64,000 nt of DNA from a bacterium (GTDB taxonomy: Bacteria > Patescibacteriota > Minisyncoccia > UBA6257 > WO2-44-18), in contig JAUYHP010000031.1 of assembly GCA_030689595.1 (NCBI GenBank), positions 22,666-86,665 on the forward strand, in the 5' to 3' direction. Shown one piece after another: positions 10,028 to 19,659 of the stretch. Position 1 is the stretch's first letter; each line of letters begins with the position of its first letter. The notes under the pieces were generated by a model. It did no database searches. It saw only the letters and a program-made list of their open reading frames with translations, and was not told where the DNA came from. The translations under genes were made by a program, and so were the position numbers.

Positions 10028-10061
10028 CCCCACTGCTTTCACATGTGAAAGCAGTAGTGGG
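10028..10061. repeat. second, imperfect copy of the CTGCTTTCACATGTGAAAGCAG palindrome
   Basis: CCCACTGCTTTCACATGTGAAAGCAGTAGTGGG immediately after the TrpR-like stop. Confidence 0.8.
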
Positions 10062-10147
10062 GGCGGCTATTTTACAAATAAGAAATATGTTGCTAATAAA
10101 AAAGCCCATCTCTGATAAAGATAGGCTTGAATCTAGGTATCCGGCGA

Positions 10148-10399
10148 TTAAGCAACCAAGATTCTCTCCAGCTCGAAATATGCTTTGAGTACATCAGAAT
10201 CTGATTTTTCTTGAAGATCTGCTCTATTTTGCTCGTCACTTATGCTTAAAAAGAATGCCATATCCATAAGCCGCCTGGTCTGAACTCGGTCTAAATAGTG
10301 CATTCCTGCTCTGTCATAAGCCCAGCTGATTACGGCGTTCGCGAATCTCCTGTCTATATTTTTGTATTTCCTTCTTGTGACGCCGATCTTGAATAACAA
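10148..10399 (-). CDS. hypothetical protein (83 aa); a 45-codon alternative ORF with GGAGG RBS starts at ~10446 on the same strand
   Basis: ORF only; model uncertain. Confidence 0.25.
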   Translation of the reverse strand: MLFKIGVTRRKYKNIDRRFANAVISWAYDRAGMHYLDRVQTRRLMDMAFFLSISDEQNRADLQEKSDSDVLKAYFELERILVA

Positions 10400-10795
10400 A
10401 ACTGATGAAGCAAAGAGCCAAAACTGACGCAGTAAGTATATCCATGACGTCCTCCTATGGTAAGTACATAAATGCTAAAGAACAGAACCCATAACAAGAT
10501 ATCACACAGAGTGCAGTTTTGTCAACCCACCCCACAGTGATTTAGTGCGTGGGGTGGATTGACATTAATATACTACTTGCTATCATATTGTAATATTGAT
10601 ATTTGAAAACAAGAATAAGGATCCACCGATGATCAGATTTTCCCATCTGGTACTGATGTTTTTCGCTGGTATTTTAATTAACGGCCACGCGGTCGGACGA
10701 AAACAACGATATGAGCAAGAATATATTGACTAATCTGCTGCTCTACCCCAAATTAACCAGTCAGTGCAGAACTTGCCACGCAACATGCGGGGGGG

Positions 10796-10824
10796 TTGAC
10801 AAAAAAATCTAGGCATGCTATACT
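10796..10824 (+). promoter_or_regulatory. near-consensus sigma70 promoter TTGACA-17-TATACT preceded by a G7 run
   Basis: -35 at 10796-10801, -10 at 10819-10824. Confidence 0.6.
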
Positions 10825-10830
10825 CTTCTA

Positions 10831-11489
10831 GCGAACGTTGAAATATTGAATATTGTTCATAAGCCGTCAGAGGCAAATGAGCATAGACCCCGAGGCCACA
10901 CATAATGAATCTATATGAATCATAAGGGCTTTCGGGGTCCTTTATTCCTAATAAACAATAAGGTTGTCTGTGGTGCCGCTCTCGAGTGGCACTGGTGCTT
11001 CACCTATCTAGCCTATATGGCTATGGTGGGATATCTAAGGCCGATACAGGAACCAAAAAGACCTCCGGACAGGGGGCGTGAAAGGAGGTGATGGTCTATG
11101 AGCCTGCCGTTCGGTTAGCTTAGGTGGCCCACCCGGCATCGATCAGATAGGATAACGGGTTTGTATATAGCTGTAGCCAGAGGATGCAATCCTCCCCGCC
11201 GTATCTGACGCAGGTGCCAAACGACCGAGCGACGTACGATGATACATAACACCCTGCGCTAGGCCCTCACCGACTGAGGCCGGCGCGCAACCCACCTGCC
11301 CTCAGAGGCGACCCCATGACGAGACGTCTCTAGCGCTCCCCCTGAGCTTATCTCGGGGGGAGCCAACAAAAAAACGACGCACCTGTCGTTGGGTAGTACC
11401 CCAACGACCGCGAATTTAAGCACCCGACCCTCGAAGTCATCTACCAAAGGCGATCAGCCACCGGTACGACTTCGAGGGTCATTTTTTTA
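10831..11489 (+). ncRNA. candidate large (~650 nt) GC-rich structured non-coding transcript of unknown class
   Basis: bounded by consensus promoter and a 13-bp-stem terminator; ~58% GC against ~40% background; no plus-strand ORF over 25 codons; many internal hairpins (e.g. GACCCCGAGG...CTTTCGGGGTC at 10884-10945). Confidence 0.45.
11425..11489 (+). terminator. strong rho-independent terminator
   Basis: GACCCTCGAAGTC ... GACTTCGAGGGTC followed by T7. Confidence 0.7.
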
Positions 11490-11558
11490 TCTGCCCTTTC
11501 TTTTTTCAAAAATATGGTATAATATACACAGCAAATTAGAACCTTATAACAAAATCAA

Positions 11559-13712
11559 ATGTTCCAACTGAACACCGAACTAGCCAAAATAAATGGTATC
11601 GGACAAAAATTTCTGGCTCGACTGGCTAAATTACAAATCAAAACCGTGCGTGATTTGCTCTGGCACTTTCCTTTTAGATATGAAGATTATTCTAAAGTGG
11701 TAAAAATTGACGATTTGCAGATAAATCAATCGGCCACTGTTCGAGCTACAGTACAAAAAATATCTGTCCGCCGCACTTGGCGCCGAAAGATGTTAATCGT
11801 TGAAGCCTTGCTAGTAGACGAAACTGGTGGCATAAAAGCTATTTGGTTCAACCAGCCCTATGTGGCCCAAATTTTAAAAGATGGCGTAGAGGCCAATTTC
11901 GCTGGCAAAGTAACGGCTTCGGATGAGGAAATATATATGTCTAGTCCAGCGTATGAAGTTGTTCGGGGATCCACTAGCGAGACTAAGCATACAGCCGGCC
12001 TAATACCTATCTATCCCGAAACTCGTAGCCTTACTTCCAAGGGTATAAGATTTCTGGTTAAACCAATTTTAAATAATTTAGAAACTATACCCGATTTTGT
12101 CCCCAGTGAAGTTTTAGAATCTAACGATCTGCCCAATATTAATACAGCCCTAAAACGGATACATTTCCCCTTTGCTCTTGAAGATGCCGAAATAGCCCGA
12201 AAGCGCTTCGCTTTTGAAGATCTTTTCTTGCTCCAGCTTAATAATCTAAAGATCCGCCTGCAGCTGGCTAAAGAAAAGGCGCCTCCAATTGCAGTAAGTC
12301 AAAAAGAATTGGACAAGATTATAGCCAGTCTTCCATTCGAGCTGACAGCATCGCAAAAACAAAGCCTGGATGAAATAGTTGCTGACTTATCTAAACCAAT
12401 GCCAATGAATCGATTACTGCAGGGTGATGTCGGTTCTGGCAAAACAGTGATCGTGGCTATAGCTGGAATTATCGCGGCAAAAAATAATAAACAAACAGCC
12501 TTCATGGCCCCGACTGAAGTCCTGGCGCGCCAACATTATCAAACACTCACAAAAATTTTTGGCAAATTAAACGTAGGTATTTGTCTTTTGACCAGTAACG
12601 AAGCTAGGTCGTTTTATGGCGACGACTTAGAGGGCAAACGACAAAAGAGCGAATTATTAAAAGAAATTGAGGATGGTAAAATACAAATCATCATCGGCAC
12701 GCACGCCATCATCTCTTCGTACAAAGGCAAGCCAGTCATGTTTAGAGATCTAGCATTGGCCATTATAGACGAACAGCATCGCTTTGGTGTTGAACAGCGC
12801 GCCGCATTGGTAAAACAAGAAAAAGATAAAGGCGCAGAAACTACCATTCACTTTCTATCCATGAGCGCCACGCCTATACCGCGTACATTATCACTAACAT
12901 TATTTGGCGATCTAGATTTATCTATTATTAATGAACTGCCAAAGGGTCGCAAACCAATTATCACCAAAGTTGTTGATCCAAAGAATAGGCCTAAGGCTTA
13001 TGAATTTATCCGAGAGCACGTTAAAGCAGGCCGGCAAGTCTTCGTAATTTATCCACGCATTGAGCCAAGCTCTAAAGAAAATACTGAATCTAAGATTGTT
13101 AGCGCACGCCAGAAAGTCTGGAATGAGGTTAAAGCCGTTAAAGAAGAATATGAAAAACTATCCACGAAAATCTTTCCCGATCTGAAAGTAGGAATGCTCC
13201 ATGGGAAATTGAAAGCTGCTGAAAAAGAAAAAGTTATGTCAGCTTTTTCTGGTGGCGATTTAAATATTTTAGTTTCGACATCAGTAATCGAAGTAGGAGT
13301 TGACGTGCCTAATGCGACTATTATGGTGATTGAAGGCGCTGACCGATTCGGCTTGTCGCAGCTTTATCAATTTCGCGGTCGAGTTGGGCGTAGCGAGCAT
13401 CAATCGTTCTGCTTCTTGTTCACTGATTCGTCTTCGCAAACCACAGCCCAACGACTCGACGCTTTATTAGAAGCCAAAAATGGTTTCGAGCTGGCGGAGA
13501 AGGATTTGGCCATTCGCGGTCCGGGACAATTCTTGGGCGACAAACAAACTGGCATACCAGATTTGGCTATGCGTGCGCTTAACAACATCGAGCTGATAAA
13601 AACAGCCAGATCGGCTGCAGAAGAAGTTCTGAAAAAAGATCCTACATTGAAAAAACACGCTCCACTCCGTACCAGGCTGAAAGATTTCCAAAAACAAATT
13701 CATTTAGAATGA
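11559..13712 (+). CDS. recG: ATP-dependent DNA helicase RecG
   Basis: N-terminal wedge/OB domain, Walker A GDVGSGKT, DEQHRFGV, QxxGRxGR motifs. Confidence 0.9.
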   Translation: MFQLNTELAKINGIGQKFLARLAKLQIKTVRDLLWHFPFRYEDYSKVVKIDDLQINQSATVRATVQKISVRRTWRRKMLIVEALLVDETGGIKAIWFNQPYVAQILKDGVEANFAGKVTASDEEIYMSSPAYEVVRGSTSETKHTAGLIPIYPETRSLTSKGIRFLVKPILNNLETIPDFVPSEVLESNDLPNINTALKRIHFPFALEDAEIARKRFAFEDLFLLQLNNLKIRLQLAKEKAPPIAVSQKELDKIIASLPFELTASQKQSLDEIVADLSKPMPMNRLLQGDVGSGKTVIVAIAGIIAAKNNKQTAFMAPTEVLARQHYQTLTKIFGKLNVGICLLTSNEARSFYGDDLEGKRQKSELLKEIEDGKIQIIIGTHAIISSYKGKPVMFRDLALAIIDEQHRFGVEQRAALVKQEKDKGAETTIHFLSMSATPIPRTLSLTLFGDLDLSIINELPKGRKPIITKVVDPKNRPKAYEFIREHVKAGRQVFVIYPRIEPSSKENTESKIVSARQKVWNEVKAVKEEYEKLSTKIFPDLKVGMLHGKLKAAEKEKVMSAFSGGDLNILVSTSVIEVGVDVPNATIMVIEGADRFGLSQLYQFRGRVGRSEHQSFCFLFTDSSSQTTAQRLDALLEAKNGFELAEKDLAIRGPGQFLGDKQTGIPDLAMRALNNIELIKTARSAAEEVLKKDPTLKKHAPLRTRLKDFQKQIHLE

Positions 13713-13761
13713 AACTGCCTTGACTCCCAGCCTTCGACGCCAGGGATTTTGTCCCGAGTAG

Positions 13762-13796
13762 TAAAAAAACTGCCCCGCATTGCGGGGCAGTTTTTA
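13762..13796. terminator. bidirectional terminator between recG and doxX
   Basis: AAAAAAA-CTGCCCCGC-ATT-GCGGGGCAG-TTTTT. Confidence 0.65.
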
Positions 13797-14219
13797 AAAG
13801 AATCTTATATGCCAATAGCTATCAAGGGAGTACATACCACCAGCCAAAGTCGCCAACAATAAAGCGCTTACCGCTAATATCAAGTCTAATTCATAACCGC
13901 TGACTAGTAGCTGGCCTTTTTTTATCTTCCAAAGAGTAGCCACAGTCATGTTGATAGCGATCAATATTGCCACGATCGAAGTATATAGTCCCAAAATCAA
14001 GAATATCGCACCAAAAAATTCCACCAAGGCCACGATTGTGCCCCAGAAAAATCCTGGCCTGAAGCCCATAGAATCGAAGTCCTTGGCATTGGCTTTAAGA
14101 TCTTTGATCTTCGACCAACCATGCACCAAGAAAATCAAACCCAAAACCAATCTTAATAATAAAATCCCCCAGTCACTATAAATTAGAAATATCTGCGCCA
14201 TATCTTTCCATGATAGCAT
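13794..14219 (-). CDS. DoxX-family membrane protein
   Basis: LLRLVLGLIFLVHGWSKI DoxX signature, four TM helices. Confidence 0.65.
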   Translation of the reverse strand: MLSWKDMAQIFLIYSDWGILLLRLVLGLIFLVHGWSKIKDLKANAKDFDSMGFRPGFFWGTIVALVEFFGAIFLILGLYTSIVAILIAINMTVATLWKIKKGQLLVSGYELDLILAVSALLLATLAGGMYSLDSYWHIRFF

Positions 14220-14267
14220 ATTAGATTGATTTTGATGATATTATATAATAGAATAGGTTAACAATTT

Positions 14268-14345
14268 GCTCCTATCGTCTAGTCCGGTCTAGGACGCCGC
14301 CCTTTCACGGCGGAAACTCGGGTTCGAATCCCGATGGGAGCACCA
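14268..14345 (+). tRNA. tRNA-Glu (anticodon UUC), CCA encoded
   Basis: cloverleaf folded by hand: acceptor GCTCCTA/TGGGAGC, anticodon loop CTTTCAC, T-arm GGGTTCGAATCCC. Confidence 0.85.
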
Positions 14346-14398
14346 AAATTTAACTTTCCGGTTCCTGTTGACAGATATGATAAATATATGATATCCTA

Positions 14399-14932
14399 TT
14401 GACCATGAAACAATTACATCCAAAGGCTCGCACGCTTTTATTTTTAACCTATATTGTGCGTGCTTTCCCATTCCTATTAGTATTAACTATTATCGGCTTA
14501 GTCACCTTGTTCGGCATACGGGCAGATGCCGAGATCAGTTCTGGCGTCACCTTTATGAAATGGCTCTGGCTACCGGCAGATATACTGGCTGTCCTAGCTA
14601 CTTGGTATTGGGCTAAATGGGTTTATGACAACTATCGCTATGAAATAACTCCCGATGGTTTTAAAAGCGAATATGGTGTTATCAGAAAAAAATATATCTC
14701 CATTCCTTACGAGCGCATACAAAATGTCGATATACATCGAGGCATAATCTATCGCATTATGGGATTATCTGATTTACAAATACAAACTGCCAGCAATAGC
14801 TTTGTACACACTGGTGGCCGTCATGGACGGATAAAGTCATTACCGGAAGGACGACTGCCCGGTATTGATAAAGATGAGGCCAAGCAATTGCAAGAAGAAT
14901 TATCAAAAAAAGCGCGCGGAAATAAGGGCTAA
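14399..14932 (+). CDS. bacterial PH-domain (YdbS/YdbT-like) membrane protein
   Basis: two N-terminal TM helices then a small soluble domain; family assignment tentative. Confidence 0.4.
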   Translation: MTMKQLHPKARTLLFLTYIVRAFPFLLVLTIIGLVTLFGIRADAEISSGVTFMKWLWLPADILAVLATWYWAKWVYDNYRYEITPDGFKSEYGVIRKKYISIPYERIQNVDIHRGIIYRIMGLSDLQIQTASNSFVHTGGRHGRIKSLPEGRLPGIDKDEAKQLQEELSKKARGNKG

Positions 14933-14987
14933 AATAAAAAGCTCCTCTGTCAGTTGACCGGGGAGTTTTTGATATATACTTATATTT

Positions 14988-16010
14988 ATGAACATATTGG
15001 CCATCGAAACAAGCTGTGATGAGACTTCTCTAGCCCTAATTGAGGCCAAAGGCGGCCTGCGCCAGCCGCGGTTTAAAGTTATAAAACATATCATTTCATC
15101 GCAAATAAAAATTCATCGCCCCTTCGGCGGCGTTGTCCCCAATCTCGCCAAACGCGAGCATCTTAAAAACCTACCGCTTATTTGGAAGCAATTTTCCAGA
15201 TATAAAAATAAAATAGACAAAATCGCGGTAACGGTCGGTCCAGGACTGGAACCGGCACTCTGGACCGGAATTGAGTTTGCTAAAATCTTAGCTAAAGAAT
15301 TAAAAAAACCATTGATTGGCGTTAATCATATGGAGGGTCATTTATATTCCAGTCTGTTGTCACAAACTAGCAAGGCACGAAGCGCGCGCAAAACTAAAAA
15401 ATTATCATTTCCGGCAATAGCACTAGTGGTGAGCGGTGGGCACACAATTTTACTGCATATGAAATCGCTGACTAAATGGAAAAATCTAGGCGAAACCCGT
15501 GATGATGCCGCCGGCGAGGCATTTGATAAAGTGGCACGCCTATTGGGCTTACCCTATCCCGGCGGGCCTGAAATAGAGAAGCTGGCCAGAAAGGGCAACC
15601 CTAAAGCCATTAATTTCCCGAGGCCGATGTTGCGGGATAAAAATTATGAATTCAGCTTTTCCGGCTTAAAAACTTCGGTTCTATATTTTTGGCGAGATAA
15701 TCCGAAAGCCAATAAGGCCGATATCGCCGCCTCATTCCAACAAGCGGTGATAGACGTTTTGGTCGGCAAAACCATTCGCGCCGCTAAAGAATTTAAAACT
15801 AAATCCATAATTTTATGCGGTGGCGTGGCCGCCAGTAAAGCTTTGCGCCAACAACTGAAAGGCGAGGCGGAGAATATAACCAACGAATTGCTGGTGCCCG
15901 ATTTTGAATATAATACCGATAACGCCGCCATGATCGGCGCGGCGGCTTATATTACTCTGCTACGCAAAAAGCAATTACGCCTTACCGCCCAAGGGGGCTT
16001 GGATTTGTAA
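14988..16010 (+). CDS. tsaD: tRNA N6-adenosine threonylcarbamoyltransferase TsaD (Kae1/Gcp family)
   Basis: MNILAIETSCDETSLAL start, HxEGH metal site, GGVAAS motif. Confidence 0.9.
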   Translation: MNILAIETSCDETSLALIEAKGGLRQPRFKVIKHIISSQIKIHRPFGGVVPNLAKREHLKNLPLIWKQFSRYKNKIDKIAVTVGPGLEPALWTGIEFAKILAKELKKPLIGVNHMEGHLYSSLLSQTSKARSARKTKKLSFPAIALVVSGGHTILLHMKSLTKWKNLGETRDDAAGEAFDKVARLLGLPYPGGPEIEKLARKGNPKAINFPRPMLRDKNYEFSFSGLKTSVLYFWRDNPKANKADIAASFQQAVIDVLVGKTIRAAKEFKTKSIILCGGVAASKALRQQLKGEAENITNELLVPDFEYNTDNAAMIGAAAYITLLRKKQLRLTAQGGLDL

Positions 16011-16135
16011 TCTACTTGACGCATCATTAAGCCCGTGCTATCTTAGACACAGTTTGTAGAATTGTCGTACTTTGTAAACTCTAACTATCGTTCGTTATAA
16101 AATACTGTAACCCAATCGTCCTGCCGTTCTGGGCA

Positions 16136-16423
16136 TTGGTCGGTATTGCGATGGGAATCTATTTCACCGCCAAGCATTCGGCTAGATTCGTTGTGATGTT
16201 TCCCAAAATCATTACGACATTTGCCAAATTCATTAAGCAAGTTTTCATCTACATCCATTCCGGTGAACAAACGGTGGCCTGTGTCTACGGAGCCATCTTC
16301 GCCACTGTCGGATTTTTTCTCGGTAGCGCCATCGTCGGCGCCCTAGTTGGCTACGCCGTTTCTCGTGTCAGCCTTGAGCTAATCTCGGTCCGTTGGCTGA
16401 AGTTGGTCAATGGACGAGCATAA
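16136..16423 (+). CDS. small membrane protein, hypothetical (model uncertain)
   Basis: TTGACG-17-TATCTT-like promoter at ~16013 and plus-strand terminator at 16431. Confidence 0.3.
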   Translation: MVGIAMGIYFTAKHSARFVVMFPKIITTFAKFIKQVFIYIHSGEQTVACVYGAIFATVGFFLGSAIVGALVGYAVSRVSLELISVRWLKLVNGRA

Positions 16424-16430
16424 TCATTCA

Positions 16431-16466
16431 CATCCCCCCCGATGAGTATCGGGGGGTTTTTGTTTG
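16431..16466 (+). terminator. rho-independent terminator
   Basis: CCCCCCC-GATGAGTAT-CGGGGGG + TTTTTGTTT. Confidence 0.65.
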
Positions 16467-16665
16467 ACACGCCTACGCACGTCGAGGCAGGGCCAATCTA
16501 TGCAAAGAACTTCGGCGAGGCAAAGAGTTATCCACAGTTGCGGTTTGCGAATCTGCGCCACTGTTCTACAATTAACTTAGATCTTCGAAAAGGGAATACT
16601 TACAACTCCTCCCAACACAGAGGAATATAATGCGAACGCAACGTTCGCAAAAAAATTATAAAGTA

Positions 16666-16698
16666 TGGGCAACCAAGTGGTTGCCCTATTTTTTTATT
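16666..16698 (+). terminator. rho-independent terminator in the valS upstream region
   Basis: GGGCAACCA-AGT-GGTTGCCC + TATTTTTTTATTT. Confidence 0.55.
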
Positions 16699-16812
16699 TA
16701 AAAAGCCCATATAGGGGAGTTTTTTAATATCATCCTCCTATTAAGATCAAGTGCTAAGGAATTATGATTATCCTAGCCATCATGTCACCGAAACGCTATA
16801 ATCTTATTAACT

Positions 16813-18993
16813 ATGACGGATGAGCTACCCAAAAAATACGACCACAATGTCAGTGAAGAAAAAATATACCAACTCTGGGAGGATTCGGGCTATTTTAATC
16901 CCGATAATCTACCTTATCCCAAATCAGCCAAGCCGTTTACTATTATAATGCCCCCGCCAAATTCCAATGGCTCGCTTCATATGGGCCATGCGGTTTTCGT
17001 AACTTTGCAAGATATTTTAGTACGTTTCTGGCGAATGCGCGGCCGCAAAGCACTTTGGCTGCCCGGCGCCGACCATGCTGGTTTTGAGACGCAGGTGGTG
17101 TTTGATAAAAAGCTAGATAAAGAGGGGCGAAATAGATTTGCTATGAAGCGCGAAGAGCTTTGGCAAGAAATTTGGAATTTTACTCAAGAAAATAAAAAAG
17201 TCATGGAGGGCCAACTGCGCAAACTAGGCGCATCCTGCGATTGGTCTAGGGAAAAATTCACACTTGATCCGAATATCGTCGAAGAAGTTCAAAAAACTTT
17301 TATCCAACTCTATGAAGACAAGTTAATCTACCGAGATATTAGAGTCATCAACTGGTGCCCGAAACATCAGACTGCCCTATCAGATCTTGAAGTTAAATAT
17401 GTAGAGCGCACCGACCCTCTCTATTATATAAAGTACGGCCCACTTACAGTGGCCACAGTCCGACCAGAAACAAAATTTGGCGATACGGCTTTGGCGGTTA
17501 ATCCCAAGGACAAGCGCTATAAAAAATATATTGGCCAAGAAATTGAGGCCAAAGGAATACTGGGCCCACTTAAATTCAAGGTTATCGGCGATGACGCCGT
17601 TGACCCAGAATTCGGCACGGGTGTTGTAAAGATAACTCCGGCCCACGATGCCAACGATTTTGAAATGTGGAAAAGACACAAGGATGAAATTGATGGACCG
17701 AAAGTTATTATTGATGAGCGCGGCAAGCTGACTGGCGATGTGGGTGAGTTCGCCGGCTTGAAAGTTGATGAAGCGCGCGAGAAAGTTGCCGAAGCTATGG
17801 AAAAAATCGGCATCTTAGAAAAAACTGATACCGATTATAAACACCAAATCGCTACTTGTTATAAATGTGGGCGCACATTGGAGCCGCTGCCTCGCGATCA
17901 ATGGTTTGTGAAAATGGAGCCGCTGGCTAAAAAGGCTATTGATGTAGTCAATCAGGGCAAAATTAAATTTCACCCTGATCGCTCTAAAAAAGTTTATCTA
18001 CATTGGCTAGAAAACATCCGCGATTGGAATATCTCACGCCAAATCGTTTGGGGCATAAGAATCCCAGCTTGGTTCCATGAACCAAAATGCATTCCCAAGA
18101 AAGGCCACGAAGATGAAGTCAAAAAATGCAAAGAAATCATAGTTTCGATAGATAAACCCACGTGCGAATTTTGTGATGCCGAATTTATACAAGACCCCGA
18201 TGTATTCGATACTTGGTTTTCTTCGGGTCAGTGGCCATTTCTAACCTTGGGCTATCCCGATGGCAAGGACTCAAAAGATTTCTACCCGACCGACGTGATG
18301 GAAACCGGTTATGACATCTTATTCTTTTGGGTGGCGCGCATGATTATGATGGGTCTCTATTGTACCGATAAAATTCCATTTAAAGATGTCTATCTACACG
18401 GTCTAGTGCGCGACAAAGATCGTCAAAAAATGTCTAAATCTAAAGGCAACGTCACCGACCCACTAGGAGTAGCCGATCAATACGGCACTGACGCCGTGCG
18501 CATGGCTCTGGTAATTGGCAATACTGCCGGTAACGATATGGTGATTTCGGAAGATAAAATTCGTGGCTATAGAAATTTCGCTACTAAAATTTGGAATGTG
18601 GCTAGATTCGTGGCTATGTACGACAAGCCCGAATTTAAAAACGCTAAAATCAAGCCCACTGATGCAGATAAAAAATATTTAACAGAAATTCAAGCCACAC
18701 AAGAAGAGATAACAAAACATATCGAGAATTTCGAATTCCATTTGGCGGGTGAAAAAATATACCATTACTTCTGGCATACATTTGCTGATAAGATAATAGA
18801 AGAGGCCAAACCTCGATTAGGTGGTGACGATACCGATGATGCCGCTGCGGCTCATAAGACGCTGCGGGAGATATTATTCAAGTGCCTGGTTATACTGCAT
18901 CCATTCATGCCTTATGTGACTGAAGAAATCTATCAAACTCTAAGCCAAGACATGAAAACACAAAAATTGTTGATGATTGAAAAATGGCAATAA
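16813..18993 (+). CDS. valS: valyl-tRNA synthetase (compact form lacking the C-terminal coiled-coil)
   Basis: PPPNSNGSLHMGHA (HIGH region), KMSKSKGN, WCxRH editing-domain motifs. Confidence 0.9.
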   Translation: MTDELPKKYDHNVSEEKIYQLWEDSGYFNPDNLPYPKSAKPFTIIMPPPNSNGSLHMGHAVFVTLQDILVRFWRMRGRKALWLPGADHAGFETQVVFDKKLDKEGRNRFAMKREELWQEIWNFTQENKKVMEGQLRKLGASCDWSREKFTLDPNIVEEVQKTFIQLYEDKLIYRDIRVINWCPKHQTALSDLEVKYVERTDPLYYIKYGPLTVATVRPETKFGDTALAVNPKDKRYKKYIGQEIEAKGILGPLKFKVIGDDAVDPEFGTGVVKITPAHDANDFEMWKRHKDEIDGPKVIIDERGKLTGDVGEFAGLKVDEAREKVAEAMEKIGILEKTDTDYKHQIATCYKCGRTLEPLPRDQWFVKMEPLAKKAIDVVNQGKIKFHPDRSKKVYLHWLENIRDWNISRQIVWGIRIPAWFHEPKCIPKKGHEDEVKKCKEIIVSIDKPTCEFCDAEFIQDPDVFDTWFSSGQWPFLTLGYPDGKDSKDFYPTDVMETGYDILFFWVARMIMMGLYCTDKIPFKDVYLHGLVRDKDRQKMSKSKGNVTDPLGVADQYGTDAVRMALVIGNTAGNDMVISEDKIRGYRNFATKIWNVARFVAMYDKPEFKNAKIKPTDADKKYLTEIQATQEEITKHIENFEFHLAGEKIYHYFWHTFADKIIEEAKPRLGGDDTDDAAAAHKTLREILFKCLVILHPFMPYVTEEIYQTLSQDMKTQKLLMIEKWQ

Positions 18994-19658
18994 GCTATCT
19001 CGTGCCCATAGTACTTGGATTACTACCCAGCTTCGCCTGGATAGTTTTCTTTTTACGCGAGGATAAAGATCACCCTGAACCTAAAAAGTTAATTTTTTAT
19101 ACTTTTATAGTCGGCGCCGCCAGTTCATTCTTGGTGTTACCATTTCAAATATTTATCAATGAACGGCTGATAGCTGTTGGCACACCAATTTATGGCGCAA
19201 CCTCTCTGTTCCTATTGGCGGCTGTTGAAGAAATCTTTAAATTCGCAGTGGTCTATTGGGCCATCAGCAAACGCCGCGAATTCGATGAACCTCTGGATGC
19301 AATGATTTATATGATCATAGCTGCTCTAGGATTTGCCGCCGTCGAAAACGTAGCTTCACTTTTCCAAGTAATCGGCAATTTGGAAACTGTAGCCCTTAGA
19401 TTTATAGGCGCCACCCTGCTTCATAGCTTGGCATCGGGGCTTGTAGGTTTCTATTGGGCCAAGGCCATGCTCAAAAAAAGATCCTTTGCCAGCAATATTA
19501 TTTGGGGGCTGTTATTAGCCACCGTGTTGCATGCTATTTTCAACTATCTTATAATAAATACAGGCCCAGTAGGCTTTTCGATAGTATTTTTAGTATTCAT
19601 AGCCTACTTTTTACTTAACGATTTCGAAGTTATTAAGCAAGCTGAAGCCAAACAATAA
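18984..19658 (+). CDS. PrsW-like intramembrane protease family membrane protein (tentative)
   Basis: multi-TM with EEIFK and FAAVEN motifs; 10-nt overlap with valS. Confidence 0.45.
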   Translation: MAISYLVPIVLGLLPSFAWIVFFLREDKDHPEPKKLIFYTFIVGAASSFLVLPFQIFINERLIAVGTPIYGATSLFLLAAVEEIFKFAVVYWAISKRREFDEPLDAMIYMIIAALGFAAVENVASLFQVIGNLETVALRFIGATLLHSLASGLVGFYWAKAMLKKRSFASNIIWGLLLATVLHAIFNYLIINTGPVGFSIVFLVFIAYFLLNDFEVIKQAEAKQ

Positions 19659-19659
19659 T

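Noticed and set aside
10831-11489. RNase P RNA or tmRNA identity for the GC-rich non-coding unit
   Set aside because: No P4 strands (AGGAAAGUCCGG / ACAGAACCCGGCUUA), no tRNA-like GGUUCGAxUCC T-loop and no tag-peptide frame were found. Only weak local resemblance to P10-P12 was seen. The class is left as unknown pending covariance-model search.
11259-11571. 62-aa minus-strand ORF and 60-aa plus-strand ORF in the GC-rich non-coding unit
   Set aside because: Low-complexity R/G/A/S/T-rich products with no RBS, overlapping the promoter, terminator and hairpins. Judged non-coding.
16442-16630. 62-aa ORF in the valS leader region
   Set aside because: No RBS and implausible composition. The region is better explained as a structured leader with hairpins and a terminator.
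16813-18993. Possible 3' truncation or pseudogene status of valS (726 aa), uvrC (439 aa) and the uvrD-like gene (603 aa)
   Set aside because: All catalytic motifs are intact and the ORFs end at ordinary stops with downstream genes correctly spaced. Compact forms lacking accessory C-terminal domains are expected in reduced genomes.
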